Below are positions 18,283 through 27,908 of a DNA stretch of 64,000 nucleotides, one piece after another. A program made the translations under genes and the position numbers. This DNA comes from a virus (taxonomy: Duplodnaviria > Caudoviricetes). The notes under the pieces were generated by a model, which saw only the letters and a list, made by a program, of their open reading frames with translations, was not told where the DNA came from and did no database searches. The stretch is from positions 38,662-102,661 of the IMG/VR virus record IMGVR_UViG_3300037067_021615; one strand, written 5' to 3'. Position 1 is the stretch's first letter, and every line of letters begins with the position of its first letter.

Positions 18283-19314
18283 TGTGGCTTTAGTAACGGG
18301 AACTACCTGCTTTAATTGATAAAATTTATCATTTATTTTTATGATATTTTTTTCTTTATTGGCAACCTCGTAAATGTTTTTCTTTTTTTGTCCTTCTGCA
18401 TATTCTCTTAAAACTTTTTTTATCATATCTTCCGCAGCTTTTTTTGCAATAGTTTCCATCATTTCTTTAAGAGTTGCCAAATCATATCCACTATTTTTTT
18501 GTTGAGTTTTCATTAAAGTTTCCATCATAAGCATCATCTTAGACATTTGTTCAGAATTGTCGGTTTGAAACACTTGCGGAGATTGTTGTTGCTGTTGTTT
18601 TTTTGAAAAATCTATATTTATCCCTTTTTCTGCTGCCTTTTTTTTCAAATATAAAACTGGGTCATAAGAAGGCCCTATATTTGAATAATTTTCATCTGTT
18701 TGAATTAAATTTCCTTGCGGAACATTGTTGCCAGAATTACGCATACTTATTCCTGGAGCTCTGTCTGTAAATAAACTTTCGAGGTTCTCAGCTTCGTCAA
18801 TTTTTGGAACATTATATGTTTGAACTGGTACTGCACTTTTTGATTTTTCTTGAGGTTGTCCAGGTCTTGTCTGTCTCTTTCTCCCAACCTTTGGCTCTGG
18901 TAATTGTCCCCCTTTGCCACCATTAGATTCAGCTTTTAAAAAAGTTCTAAATTCTTGTCTCTTAGCCCCTTTTTTAATTGCATCTAATGCATTAAATTTA
19001 TCTCTAGGAGCGGTATACAGAAGTCTTTGCCTTTCAGCTCTTTCCTCTGCTAATTGAATTTGTATTTGTTGTGATACATCTGATTCATTAGGTATCACAA
19101 CATTTGATGTGTTTTGTGGCATATCATATTGCTGCTGAACATTTTCTACAACAGGAGCGGCAGGTGGTTCATAGACTCTCTGTTTTGGAACATTTTCAAC
19201 AGGAACATCTACTAATTGCCCAGCATTACCAGGTAGTCCCAATGATTTAAAACGCTGAATTTTTTGTTGTTTTATTCTTTCTAACTGAGCAGGAGTTAAC
19301 TCTTGTTGTTCCAT
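18277..19314 (-). CDS. Gln/Pro-rich hypothetical protein (start MEQQE at 19314)
   Basis: Long ORF with low-complexity segments. Confidence 0.65.
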   Translation of the reverse strand: MEQQELTPAQLERIKQQKIQRFKSLGLPGNAGQLVDVPVENVPKQRVYEPPAAPVVENVQQQYDMPQNTSNVVIPNESDVSQQIQIQLAEERAERQRLLYTAPRDKFNALDAIKKGAKRQEFRTFLKAESNGGKGGQLPEPKVGRKRQTRPGQPQEKSKSAVPVQTYNVPKIDEAENLESLFTDRAPGISMRNSGNNVPQGNLIQTDENYSNIGPSYDPVLYLKKKAAEKGINIDFSKKQQQQQSPQVFQTDNSEQMSKMMLMMETLMKTQQKNSGYDLATLKEMMETIAKKAAEDMIKKVLREYAEGQKKKNIYEVANKEKNIIKINDKFYQLKQVVPVTKATL

Positions 19315-19315
19315 A

Positions 19316-19645
19316 TTATTCTTTTTTATAATTTCTAATATCACTTATTTCATAATCATGAAGAAGTTTTAATCGTTTCTCTTTTATTAAATATTTCAAT
19401 TTTTCGAATTCTTCTTCTAACATTTCAACTTTTAGTGTTAAAACCATTTTATTTCTTTCAAATTTCCTAAATTTTATTTTATTACTAACCATCTCAGAAA
19501 CCATTTTTTTTAAATCTATATAACTTTCTTGTTCTATAAATGAATAATTTATATTTTCTCCATAGCATTCTTCAAAGTAATTCATTGAATATTTATACTT
19601 GATGTCAATAAAATAAATTTGAGTATTTTTCCTATCTTTTATCAT
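19316..19645 (-). CDS. Hypothetical protein (probable start 19645)
   Basis: Operon-coupled ORF. Confidence 0.55.
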   Translation of the reverse strand: MIKDRKNTQIYFIDIKYKYSMNYFEECYGENINYSFIEQESYIDLKKMVSEMVSNKIKFRKFERNKMVLTLKVEMLEEEFEKLKYLIKEKRLKLLHDYEISDIRNYKKE

Positions 19646-19922
19646 ATTTAAAAATTTTAACTTCTTTTTCTTCATCATCCCACCAAACATAAAAAACAGT
19701 ATTTCTATGAGAATTTAAAAAAAACAAATGTTCAATATATTTTTTTTGTTTAATTTTTTTAAATCTGTTTTTAAGTTTATTTTTTTCTTTAATAATATAT
19801 TCATCTTCTGAATTAATGCTATTAAGAATTTTTTTAGCTTCAGCATTTTCTTTAGATAAAAAAGAAAATATTTTATCTTTAAATTCTTTTTGATTTTCTA
19901 TTATTTTTTGAATTGGGTGCAT
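19632..19922 (-). CDS. Hypothetical protein
   Basis: ORF. Confidence 0.55.
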   Translation of the reverse strand: MHPIQKIIENQKEFKDKIFSFLSKENAEAKKILNSINSEDEYIIKEKNKLKNRFKKIKQKKYIEHLFFLNSHRNTVFYVWWDDEEKEVKIFKYDKR

Positions 19923-19974
19923 AAAGAAAATATAATTCTTAAAAAAAAAAAATTAAATAGTTATTTAATTTATA

Positions 19975-20658
19975 TTAAACTCCTGGCATTGAAGGTGGCG
20001 ATGTTATATCTTCTTGAGATGGCTCCATGGGAGGTGTGGCAGTTGGGGCTGGGACTGGTGTTGTTGCTTTATCTTCAGTATTTTCAGAAGGATTTAAAAT
20101 TTGATTAAATTTTTCTTTGAAAATTTCTTCAAATAAATTTAATATTTTTCCAAAAACGTCTTTTGTTTCTTTGTTGATTTCAAAGGTTTTTAAATTCCCA
20201 TTTTCGATTATGTTTTTAATTTTAAACCCATTTAACAAAGACATTGTGAACCCTATAGCTTCATCTCCTATAGTTATTTCTCCCGATGTTATTGCATCTT
20301 TTTGCCCATTTCTTATTGGAAAATCTACAATTTGCCCATTTTGTCCAGGACCAAGTTGTTTTTTAAAAGATATTCCTGGAAAACGATTTTTAAATTCTTT
20401 TTCAAATTGCTGGAATTCTTTAGAAGAAATTCTTGGTCTTTCGTTAGTTTCATGAAGTCTTAATTTATAGCTTATTTCCTCTTCTGTTCCAAATAAAGCA
20501 TCATGAGCATCTTGAGCCCTTTGTGCTTTAGTTTTTTTAATTTCTTCTTGTCTAGTTTTTAATTTTTCAGGCAATTGTCTCATTTCATCATAGACCACTT
20601 CATCTATGCATGCTCTAATTATTTCTAATAATTTTTTTTTTGTAATTTCGTCTACCAT
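19975..20658 (-). CDS. Putative head-internal protein
   Basis: ITKKKLLEIIRACIDE; Pro-rich tail. Confidence 0.6.
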   Translation of the reverse strand: MVDEITKKKLLEIIRACIDEVVYDEMRQLPEKLKTRQEEIKKTKAQRAQDAHDALFGTEEEISYKLRLHETNERPRISSKEFQQFEKEFKNRFPGISFKKQLGPGQNGQIVDFPIRNGQKDAITSGEITIGDEAIGFTMSLLNGFKIKNIIENGNLKTFEINKETKDVFGKILNLFEEIFKEKFNQILNPSENTEDKATTPVPAPTATPPMEPSQEDITSPPSMPGV

Positions 20659-20660
20659 AG

Positions 20661-20954
20661 TTATAATTCGTTAAAATAAGAAGTGATAAATTTTGATTTT
20701 TCCCACATAAATTTATTCTGTTTAATAAAAGCAGCAATCATCAAGTCTTTTATTTGTTTTTTTGTAATAATTTTTTTATCTAAAGATTCAATTTCTCTTT
20801 TTAAAAATGATAAAAATTCAGTTTTTTGAGATTTTTCACTATCTTTAATAGCTTTAAGAATTTGTTTATCTATAAATTCCTTTTCTTTGTTTAGTTCCTT
20901 CTCAATAATTGCTTTTACTATTTCTCTAATTTTTATTTCATCGTCTTTTGTCAT
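20661..20954 (-). CDS. Small helical protein (start MTKDDE at 20954)
   Basis: EIKIREIVKAIIEKEL. Confidence 0.6.
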   Translation of the reverse strand: MTKDDEIKIREIVKAIIEKELNKEKEFIDKQILKAIKDSEKSQKTEFLSFLKREIESLDKKIITKKQIKDLMIAAFIKQNKFMWEKSKFITSYFNEL

Positions 20955-20955
20955 A

Positions 20956-21855
20956 TTAATTAAACTCTTTAGAAATTCTATTAAGTATTTCAAACAATCT
21001 AGTATCTGGATATGTATCAAATTTATCTTTTCTTACAGTGGAGTGTGACCATATTCCAGGCAAACTTTTGTTAATTACATCTTGATTGTATTCTAACCAA
21101 CTTTTATCAAAATTTTTTTGAACTTTTATGCTATATTTTTTAATTAAAAATCTCAAAAGACTTTCTAAATTTTTTAATTGTTCATCAGTATAGTTAAAAT
21201 AATATTTATATCCTCTAAATGGCTGGTCAAGTATATATACATTTTTAGTATCAACTTTTGTTGTATAGTCATTAGGCCAGGCAAAAAAATCATTTCCCCT
21301 TTTAATAAGAGGGCCAAAAGCACAAATCTCAATTCCAATTGAAATTCTATCCAATTTCCCATTTGTTCCCTTTATTCCAAGATGAAAACCCCAATAATCT
21401 GGATTAAAAGCTTGAACGATTGTTCCTGTATTTCCATCTATTACATAGGCAGTAGCAACTCTTGGCTCGTCGCTATTCCATCCATTAATAGTTCCTTCTG
21501 CACTTGGACGACCTGCTGTAAAATGGATAAAAATCTGACTTTTTGAAGTTATTTGTTTAACATATTGATTTTCTGGCATCTGGCAATCCGTCCTTATTTC
21601 AAGGCCATTATAATTAATTGCTTGTAATTGAGTAAGGTCTTCTTTTGAAGTTTTTTTCTGTGCGGCTTTTAACGTTGTTAATGTTTTATCATTTACAATT
21701 CCATCTTGTGGAATTCCATATTTTTTTTGAAAGGCTTTTATAGACCTAAGTGTTTTAGGCCCAAAAGAAGAATCAACTATTAAGTCATAACCTAATAATG
21801 ATAACAGTTTTTGTACTTCTGCTACTTCTGCACTTTTATCCCCAAATTTTATCAT
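20956..21855 (-). CDS. Endolysin: peptidoglycan-binding domain plus Amidase_2 N-acetylmuramoyl-L-alanine amidase
   Basis: VQKLL..LGY..FGPKT..FQ..DGIV; IHFTAG, SIGIEI, SHSTVRKDKFD; late motif 21873-80. Confidence 0.9.
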   Translation of the reverse strand: MIKFGDKSAEVAEVQKLLSLLGYDLIVDSSFGPKTLRSIKAFQKKYGIPQDGIVNDKTLTTLKAAQKKTSKEDLTQLQAINYNGLEIRTDCQMPENQYVKQITSKSQIFIHFTAGRPSAEGTINGWNSDEPRVATAYVIDGNTGTIVQAFNPDYWGFHLGIKGTNGKLDRISIGIEICAFGPLIKRGNDFFAWPNDYTTKVDTKNVYILDQPFRGYKYYFNYTDEQLKNLESLLRFLIKKYSIKVQKNFDKSWLEYNQDVINKSLPGIWSHSTVRKDKFDTYPDTRLFEILNRISKEFN

Positions 21856-21924
21856 ATATAATTTTATTTCTTTATAAATATGTATTTTTTTCTTATTTTT
21901 CTATAAAAAATAATATTCTAAAAC

Positions 21925-21952
21925 AAAAAAGCCCCTATTGAGGCTTTTTTTT
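21925..21952 (-). terminator. Intrinsic terminator
   Basis: Minus strand GCCTC-AATA-GGGGC-TTTTTT. Confidence 0.75.
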
Positions 21953-21986
21953 ATTTTATGTTATTTTTTTAACTTTTATTATTAAT

Positions 21987-22661
21987 TCATTTATTTTTTT
22001 CTTCATTAATTCCTTCTGCAAATTTACCAGGTGCACTAAGAATATCTGGAGCAGTATAAACTCCTGCATCTACAAATTCTCCTTTTGTTTTGTCCCATTT
22101 GGCATATTTAGCTTGTGGATTTTTTTGCACAAAAGCTAAATATTTTTCTTTGAATTCTGGTTTTAACTTATTAAACCAAGGACCTTTTGTGGGATGACTC
22201 ATAATCAGCTTTAGAGCCTCTTCTCTACTAACACCTTCTTCAACAACTGCTTCATTAACAGTTTCTTCTGCAAATCTACCAGGTGCACTAAGAATATCTG
22301 GAGCAGTATAAACTCCTGCATCTACAAATTCTCCTTTTGTTTTGTCCCATTTGGCATATTTAGCTTGTGGATTTTTTTGCACAAAAGCTAAATATTTTTC
22401 TTTAAATTCTGGTTTTAACTTATTAAACCAAGGACCTTTTGTGGGGTGACTCATAATCAGTTTTAGAGCCTCTTCTCTACTAACACCTTCTTCAACAACT
22501 GCTTCATCTCCTATATTATCACTTTCATATAATTCATTAAGTTGTTTGGTAATATTTTCTTTTTCCTCTTTTAATGCAATAAGCTTCTTAATCTTTAATG
22601 CTTCTTCTTTAATTATTCTTTCTACTATAGCTTTTTCAATTATAACTTTTTCAGTTTTCAT
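21987..22661 (-). CDS. Putative head-internal protein with 84-aa tandem duplication
   Basis: Two near-identical EAVVEEG...APG(R/K)FAE units; late motif 22684-91. Confidence 0.8.
   Translation of the reverse strand: MKTEKVIIEKAIVERIIKEEALKIKKLIALKEEKENITKQLNELYESDNIGDEAVVEEGVSREEALKLIMSHPTKGPWFNKLKPEFKEKYLAFVQKNPQAKYAKWDKTKGEFVDAGVYTAPDILSAPGRFAEETVNEAVVEEGVSREEALKLIMSHPTKGPWFNKLKPEFKEKYLAFVQKNPQAKYAKWDKTKGEFVDAGVYTAPDILSAPGKFAEGINEEKNK
22013..22507. repeat. 252-bp near-perfect tandem duplication
   Basis: Position 22019 aligns with 22271; only a handful of substitutions. Confidence 0.95.
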
Positions 22662-22728
22662 AGTAATGATTTTTTAAGTTTTCTATAAATATTAAAAAAA
22701 AATATAAAATTTAACAAATTTCCCTTAA

Positions 22729-22764
22729 TGTAACTTTTTTTAATAATTCTCGTATATATTTATA
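22729..22764 (+). promoter_or_regulatory. ECF-like promoter abutting a TATTTATA motif
   Basis: TGTAACTTTTTT...CGTATA (AAC-N16-CGTA), then TATTTATA at 22757-64. Confidence 0.5.
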
Positions 22765-22778
22765 GAAACAAATAAAAC

Positions 22779-23138
22779 ATGAAAAAAGTAAACATTACTC
22801 CAGAAGATGAACTCTATTTCATGCAAATGGAGGAAGAGCTTAATAAAAAGTTAACATTTCAAGATATTCAAGAAATGAATAAAACTATCAGTTTTTATAA
22901 AAAAGAGTATTTTGAGAACAAATCTAAATCAACAAAAATATTAATGAATTTTACTATTATTTTTATTTTTGGGTTATTATTCTCCATAAAATATGGAGTT
23001 TTATTAATTTTTCCATTTGCTGCTATACTTTTATTTCTTGGATATAAACTTTATGTTTTTTATAAAAAAATAAAATTTGCTGATATAATGATTGGAAATC
23101 TAGAATTTTCAAAAAAAGAATATTTCAATTCTATATAA
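22779..23138 (+). CDS. Two-TM membrane protein
   Basis: Hydrophobic hairpin FTIIFIFGLLF...LLIFPFAAILLFLGY. Confidence 0.65.
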   Translation: MKKVNITPEDELYFMQMEEELNKKLTFQDIQEMNKTISFYKKEYFENKSKSTKILMNFTIIFIFGLLFSIKYGVLLIFPFAAILLFLGYKLYVFYKKIKFADIMIGNLEFSKKEYFNSI

Positions 23139-23142
23139 AAAC

Positions 23143-26142
23143 TTATTTATTTTTAATCCTCTTAAGTAAGTCTTTATAAATACTTTCATTAACTGTTGTA
23201 CTCTCCTTTTTGTATTCTTTATTATCCAAGGTTTTGGTTACAATATAAGATTTATCTTTTAAAAGTTCCATAATATCTTCGTCAACAGTGTCCTGACAAT
23301 AAGGAGTTATTATTTCTACTGTATCTGCGGTAGTGCTAGCTCTATGTATTCTATCCTCTACTTGCTCTTCATCTGCTGGAGTCCAAGCAAATCCCAATTT
23401 GATAAGTTTACTTGCAGCAGTTAAAGTATTGCCAACCCCAGATGCTATAATCATTCCAGAGAATACTTTTATTTCTTTATCTTCTTGAAATTTATCTATT
23501 ACTGATTGTTTTTCAGCAACTGACATTTCTCCAGTATGTAAAACGGCTATTTTCCCAAATTCTTTTGCTATTTCTTTTGCCAATTCAATATAGTCTGAAA
23601 CAACTACAACCTTTTCTCCACTTTCAACTATGTCTTCTATTATTTCTTTGATTCGATTTACTTTGATTCTTCCAGTAAACATTTTGAGCTTGTGGATTTT
23701 GGTTAAATAATTATCTTTCTTTTCTATTTCCTTGCCATCAACTATTTCCTTTTTTACTTCATTTAATAATTTTTGATATTCTGCATATTCCTTATCGTCG
23801 AGTTCGATAGGAATTTCTAAATAAGTTTTTGGAGGAAGTTCTTTTAAAACATCACGTTTTAATCTTCTTAAAAAATATGGAGAAACTCTTGTAAATAACT
23901 CTTCTAAATTGGATGCTCCATCATAAATCCAACCAAAATTATCTTGATATCCTGCTCCATATCTAACTCCAAATTCATGAGAATTCTTCCATTCTTCTGG
24001 AAAAATAAAGTTTAAGGTTGAAAAAAATTCAGATGGTCTACTTTTTATGACAGTCCCAGATAAAAGAATTTTTTTTGGAATACATGAAAATGCTTTATGA
24101 ATAATTTTTGTCCAAGTAGTTTTCAGTTCCTTCATTTTATGGCATTCATCAATAATGATTAAATCATAATTTGATGGGTCTATCTCTTGAGAGAATTTAT
24201 CTTGAAAAGATACTAAACTGGCTATTCTTGTTTTAATTTTTCCAGTGTTTTCACAAATGGGGCATTTTTTATACTGCTTTGTGAGGTCTGTTTGTTCCCA
24301 TGTACATTTTCCCATTTTGCCACTCGCTTGTAACATATTTCCGCTACATTTGTGATGATATTCAAGCTTTATATATGAATCAATTGATTCATAATTGGTG
24401 ATATGAAACAAAGACTCTTCTTTTGTGTGTGCTATAATTTTGCTTTTCTTTTTAGGCTTAAATTTATAGACAAATGCTTTTTCATTGGTAAATTTTAATA
24501 TTTCATTTCGCCACATCAATTTTAATGATGCTGGGCATATCACTAGTGTTTTTAATTTGTGTTTTACAGCGTAAGCGAATGCAGGTGCTGTATTATGAGT
24601 GACTGTATAATTTGTTGTTAAAAATGTATTGTCTGGAGAATCTACAGAAATGCAAACACATTCATCTTTGCCGACATACTCAACACTTTTTATATATCGT
24701 GAACAATAATTATTTTTAACAATATTCCATTCCTTCTTTTTTGAGTCTAAGTAAAATGGGCATACTTTCATTCTTACATTTACCCGATGTTCTATACCTT
24801 TATTTTCTTTTGTTCTATCATATGAATATAATAATGCTTGCCCGCCCAAAGATTGAACTAATTCAATTACATCTTTCGCTAATTGCAAAGACTTTGTATG
24901 ATAATGTATTTTGTTTTTATCTGCACTTCCATCTGTATCCATTAATCCTCTTAATAATTCAATTCTCTGTTCTATAGAGGCAAACATATATTCTTTTGGA
25001 ATAAATTTATCAACTGATTTGACGTTAAGACCAAGCCGTTTAATTTCTGATTTAATAATATTTTTGCCAACAGAAGTATTTCTGGTCATATAATATTGAG
25101 GACAATTTGGAAAATTATTAATTTTTGTTTTAAATCCTTTTGGCAATTTAGGGTCAATTATTTCTTTTATCTGAATTTGATGGTCTGGAATTGATATACA
25201 TATGCCGTCCAGCACTAAGCATCTATCTCCGATTAGTGCACCAAGTATATATGGGTCTATGACAAATTTTTTTTTAAGGTAATTAACTGGCTCACTTAAT
25301 GGGATTTCCCATTTCAAAACAGGCTTTCTGGTTGTTAAAGCTCTTTTTCCTTTATGATTATAGCTCAATCCAGAATTTACTAATTCTTTTAAAGTTTTTG
25401 TAATCCATCCAGTGCCCCTTTTTCTTCTATTTACATCTCTTACAGTCCAAATATGGTCTAAACTACAATTGACAAATGATTCATCATTAAATGTTACTTT
25501 ATAAACATCTAAAGTACCTTGTGGATATACTCCAGAAACGTTGTACAAGTTACCATCTCGATTAAATATTTTTTGTCCAACTTTAATATCTCCAATTTTA
25601 AAGCACCCATTAATACCAAATACTAATTCATCAATTTTGAGGCTTTTACCTACTCCAGGTTGGTCTCCTAAAATCGACTTTCCGTCGTTTATTTCAAAGA
25701 ATTTAACAGCCTTTTTTTGATAATCATATGGCTGAATTTTCATAAAAGAATAATCTTCTCCAGAAATATCTAATTGTTCAGCTTTTAAACGTAATACTTC
25801 TGCTATTCTTTTTTGCCTTTCAAAATATTCGTTTTTTAATCTTTCAAGAGCATCTTGGGTAATATTTTCAAAAGCAAATCTTATTTTATTATCAATTAAA
25901 AATGCTAAAATTTCTCCTATTTTTGCTTCACTTACAATTCTTACCCATTCATCTTTTGGATTTCCATCCATTCCTATGACACTATCTTTTCTAACAGCCC
26001 TATGTTCTTTTGGCAATCGTTTTATATATTCTGAAAGAATTTTTAAATAATCATATCTTAATTCGAAATTAACTTTTAATTTTCTTATTTTTACAAAATT
26101 TATTTCTTGACTAGTTGCCTCCTTTTTCGTATTCTTTGCCAT
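23143..26142 (-). CDS. SNF2-family (SMARCAL1/HARP-like) helicase containing an intein
   Basis: GDQPGVGK|T, CPASLK, DECH, LSGT, LRRLK, QVEDRIHR. Confidence 0.92.
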   Translation of the reverse strand: MAKNTKKEATSQEINFVKIRKLKVNFELRYDYLKILSEYIKRLPKEHRAVRKDSVIGMDGNPKDEWVRIVSEAKIGEILAFLIDNKIRFAFENITQDALERLKNEYFERQKRIAEVLRLKAEQLDISGEDYSFMKIQPYDYQKKAVKFFEINDGKSILGDQPGVGKSLKIDELVFGINGCFKIGDIKVGQKIFNRDGNLYNVSGVYPQGTLDVYKVTFNDESFVNCSLDHIWTVRDVNRRKRGTGWITKTLKELVNSGLSYNHKGKRALTTRKPVLKWEIPLSEPVNYLKKKFVIDPYILGALIGDRCLVLDGICISIPDHQIQIKEIIDPKLPKGFKTKINNFPNCPQYYMTRNTSVGKNIIKSEIKRLGLNVKSVDKFIPKEYMFASIEQRIELLRGLMDTDGSADKNKIHYHTKSLQLAKDVIELVQSLGGQALLYSYDRTKENKGIEHRVNVRMKVCPFYLDSKKKEWNIVKNNYCSRYIKSVEYVGKDECVCISVDSPDNTFLTTNYTVTHNTAPAFAYAVKHKLKTLVICPASLKLMWRNEILKFTNEKAFVYKFKPKKKSKIIAHTKEESLFHITNYESIDSYIKLEYHHKCSGNMLQASGKMGKCTWEQTDLTKQYKKCPICENTGKIKTRIASLVSFQDKFSQEIDPSNYDLIIIDECHKMKELKTTWTKIIHKAFSCIPKKILLSGTVIKSRPSEFFSTLNFIFPEEWKNSHEFGVRYGAGYQDNFGWIYDGASNLEELFTRVSPYFLRRLKRDVLKELPPKTYLEIPIELDDKEYAEYQKLLNEVKKEIVDGKEIEKKDNYLTKIHKLKMFTGRIKVNRIKEIIEDIVESGEKVVVVSDYIELAKEIAKEFGKIAVLHTGEMSVAEKQSVIDKFQEDKEIKVFSGMIIASGVGNTLTAASKLIKLGFAWTPADEEQVEDRIHRASTTADTVEIITPYCQDTVDEDIMELLKDKSYIVTKTLDNKEYKKESTTVNESIYKDLLKRIKNK
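24592..25644 (-). mobile_element. 351-aa intein with LAGLIDADG homing endonuclease, inserted in Walker A
   Basis: Starts SLKID after GK; block B DHIW; GALIGDR and RGLMDTDG; ends THN before +1 Thr. Confidence 0.93.
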
Positions 26143-26145
26143 ATT

Positions 26146-26481
26146 TTATCTGAAGAGCCTTGCTACCCTTTCCCTTTTTTTCTTTTCAATTAATTCTTTA
26201 TCTTTAATTTGCTTTTTTTGTGCTTGTTTTATTACTTTTTCCAATACAGAAATTTTATTTTCTTTACGCTTTATTCCCTTTCTAATCTGAATTTTATCTC
26301 TTATAATTTCGCATAAAATTTTAACATCTTGTAATTTACTACGAACTCTAATCCCTGCAGCCTTTTCTCCCCTTAAAACCCTTTCTAAATCTTTTTTTTC
26401 TGATTCAGCAAATTCTATTATTTTATAAAGTAAGTCTAACTCGTTTAAATCTACGAATTCGTTTAGTTCATTTAATCTCAT
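26146..26481 (-). CDS. Histone-H1-like Hc1-family DNA-binding protein
   Basis: DLERVLRGEKAAGIRVRSKLQDVK..IR matches the GNKAAxxRxR motif; basic tail. Confidence 0.7.
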   Translation of the reverse strand: MRLNELNEFVDLNELDLLYKIIEFAESEKKDLERVLRGEKAAGIRVRSKLQDVKILCEIIRDKIQIRKGIKRKENKISVLEKVIKQAQKKQIKDKELIEKKKRERVARLFR

Positions 26482-26485
26482 ACAA

Positions 26486-26899
26486 TTATTCTTTTTTAGT
26501 TATTTTTTCAGAAAGACTATTTTCTAAATCTTCTTTATTGTCTTTTATAGATTTTTTTGCCCTTTCTTGGTCAATCATTCTTTCTTTTATAACTTGTGTC
26601 ACAGTTTTAGATTCGGCTTGAGATTGATATAGGTCGAGTGCAAATCTATCATCCGTATATAAATTAAAATCAATTCTCACAAAAGTTTTACCTTCCAATT
26701 TAACTTTTGCACTTTCCACTTTTTTTTCGCTTCTTTCTTCATTAATATCCACCCAAAAGAATCCAACAATATCCTCTTCATTGTTTAGTTGGCACATTGA
26801 GTGTTCAAATGAGGTCATAGGCTTATGCCCTCTATTTTCTATTATATCATTGTTTTCGGAGATATACTTCTCTATGTCTTTTTTATTATAATATGCCAT
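26486..26899 (-). CDS. Hypothetical protein, possible C-terminal ribbon-helix-helix
   Basis: VRIDFNLYTDDRFAL...KTVTQVIKERMI. Confidence 0.5.
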   Translation of the reverse strand: MAYYNKKDIEKYISENNDIIENRGHKPMTSFEHSMCQLNNEEDIVGFFWVDINEERSEKKVESAKVKLEGKTFVRIDFNLYTDDRFALDLYQSQAESKTVTQVIKERMIDQERAKKSIKDNKEDLENSLSEKITKKE

Positions 26900-26909
26900 A
26901 TTTTATTTT

Positions 26910-27839
26910 TTAATTATTAAATAATTTTTTTTGTTTATTTTCTTGTAGGAGTTCTACATATTGATTATATTTTGAATTACATAATGGATGAATACCTCCT
27001 TTATATTTGCAAAACATACAGTTATATTTTTCATTACCAGTAAATTTAACTTTTGGAAAAATTTTTTCTATATGAATGTTTTTTAAAGTATCTCCTAATT
27101 TAGTTAATGAATAGAATATTTCATCTTCAGTAGAATTGATATCGACTATTTGTATTTTTCCAAACCCTTTTGATATATTTTTTTTATCATTAAGTCTATT
27201 TAAAACAATATATTTGCAATCTATTTTATCAAGAGGAATTTTATTTTTTCTTGCCCAAAAAAATTTATAAAACCTCATTTGACATAAAAATATTTCATCT
27301 TTTTTCTTTTTATCAACATCCCATTCTTCCCCAGAAGTTTTCCAATCAATTATTAAAAATCTTCCAGTGGCTGGATTATAAGCTATAAGGTCTATAAACC
27401 CTTTAAAATAAAATTTTTTATATATTATTTCGTATAATGGTTCCTCCACATTAACTATTTGATACCCTTTTAGAAGAACTTCTGTATCCAAGACTGACAA
27501 AATGTGCATCCCCTGTTCAATAAAGTCATCAACTTCTTTAAATTGCTTATCATGGAGCATATTGTCCATCATATCTTTTTTGAATTTATCTGCAAAATAT
27601 TTTATTTTTTGGTCTTTATTCAATCCGTTTTTTACTCCCATTTCTATAGATTCATGAATTGCATTTCCAAAAAATAAATGTATAGATTGTTCCTGAATAT
27701 CTAATGCTAAATATTTAAAAATTAAATGTTTTTGACCACATTCATTATAAAGAGAAAACTCACTAAAACTAATGTGAGTATTATTGTTTTGATTTAAATT
27801 TGTATGTATTTCACTTTTAATTATTTTATTATCTGTCAT
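26910..27839 (-). CDS. PD-(D/E)XK (Cas4/RecB-like) nuclease
   Basis: SFSE..C; GNAIHE; GFIDL..IIDWKT; CMFC..C cysteine set; TATATTTG at 27855-62. Confidence 0.88.
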   Translation of the reverse strand: MTDNKIIKSEIHTNLNQNNNTHISFSEFSLYNECGQKHLIFKYLALDIQEQSIHLFFGNAIHESIEMGVKNGLNKDQKIKYFADKFKKDMMDNMLHDKQFKEVDDFIEQGMHILSVLDTEVLLKGYQIVNVEEPLYEIIYKKFYFKGFIDLIAYNPATGRFLIIDWKTSGEEWDVDKKKKDEIFLCQMRFYKFFWARKNKIPLDKIDCKYIVLNRLNDKKNISKGFGKIQIVDINSTEDEIFYSLTKLGDTLKNIHIEKIFPKVKFTGNEKYNCMFCKYKGGIHPLCNSKYNQYVELLQENKQKKLFNN

Positions 27840-27908
27840 TATAATGCTTTTTTACAAATATAAGAAAAAAAAATATAAAAATTAAGTTTATTTCCATATT
27901 TATTACAT

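Noticed and set aside
22013-27839. CRISPR array or Cas system (repeat plus Cas4-like nuclease)
   Set aside because: The repeat is a two-copy coding duplication without spacers; there are no other cas genes
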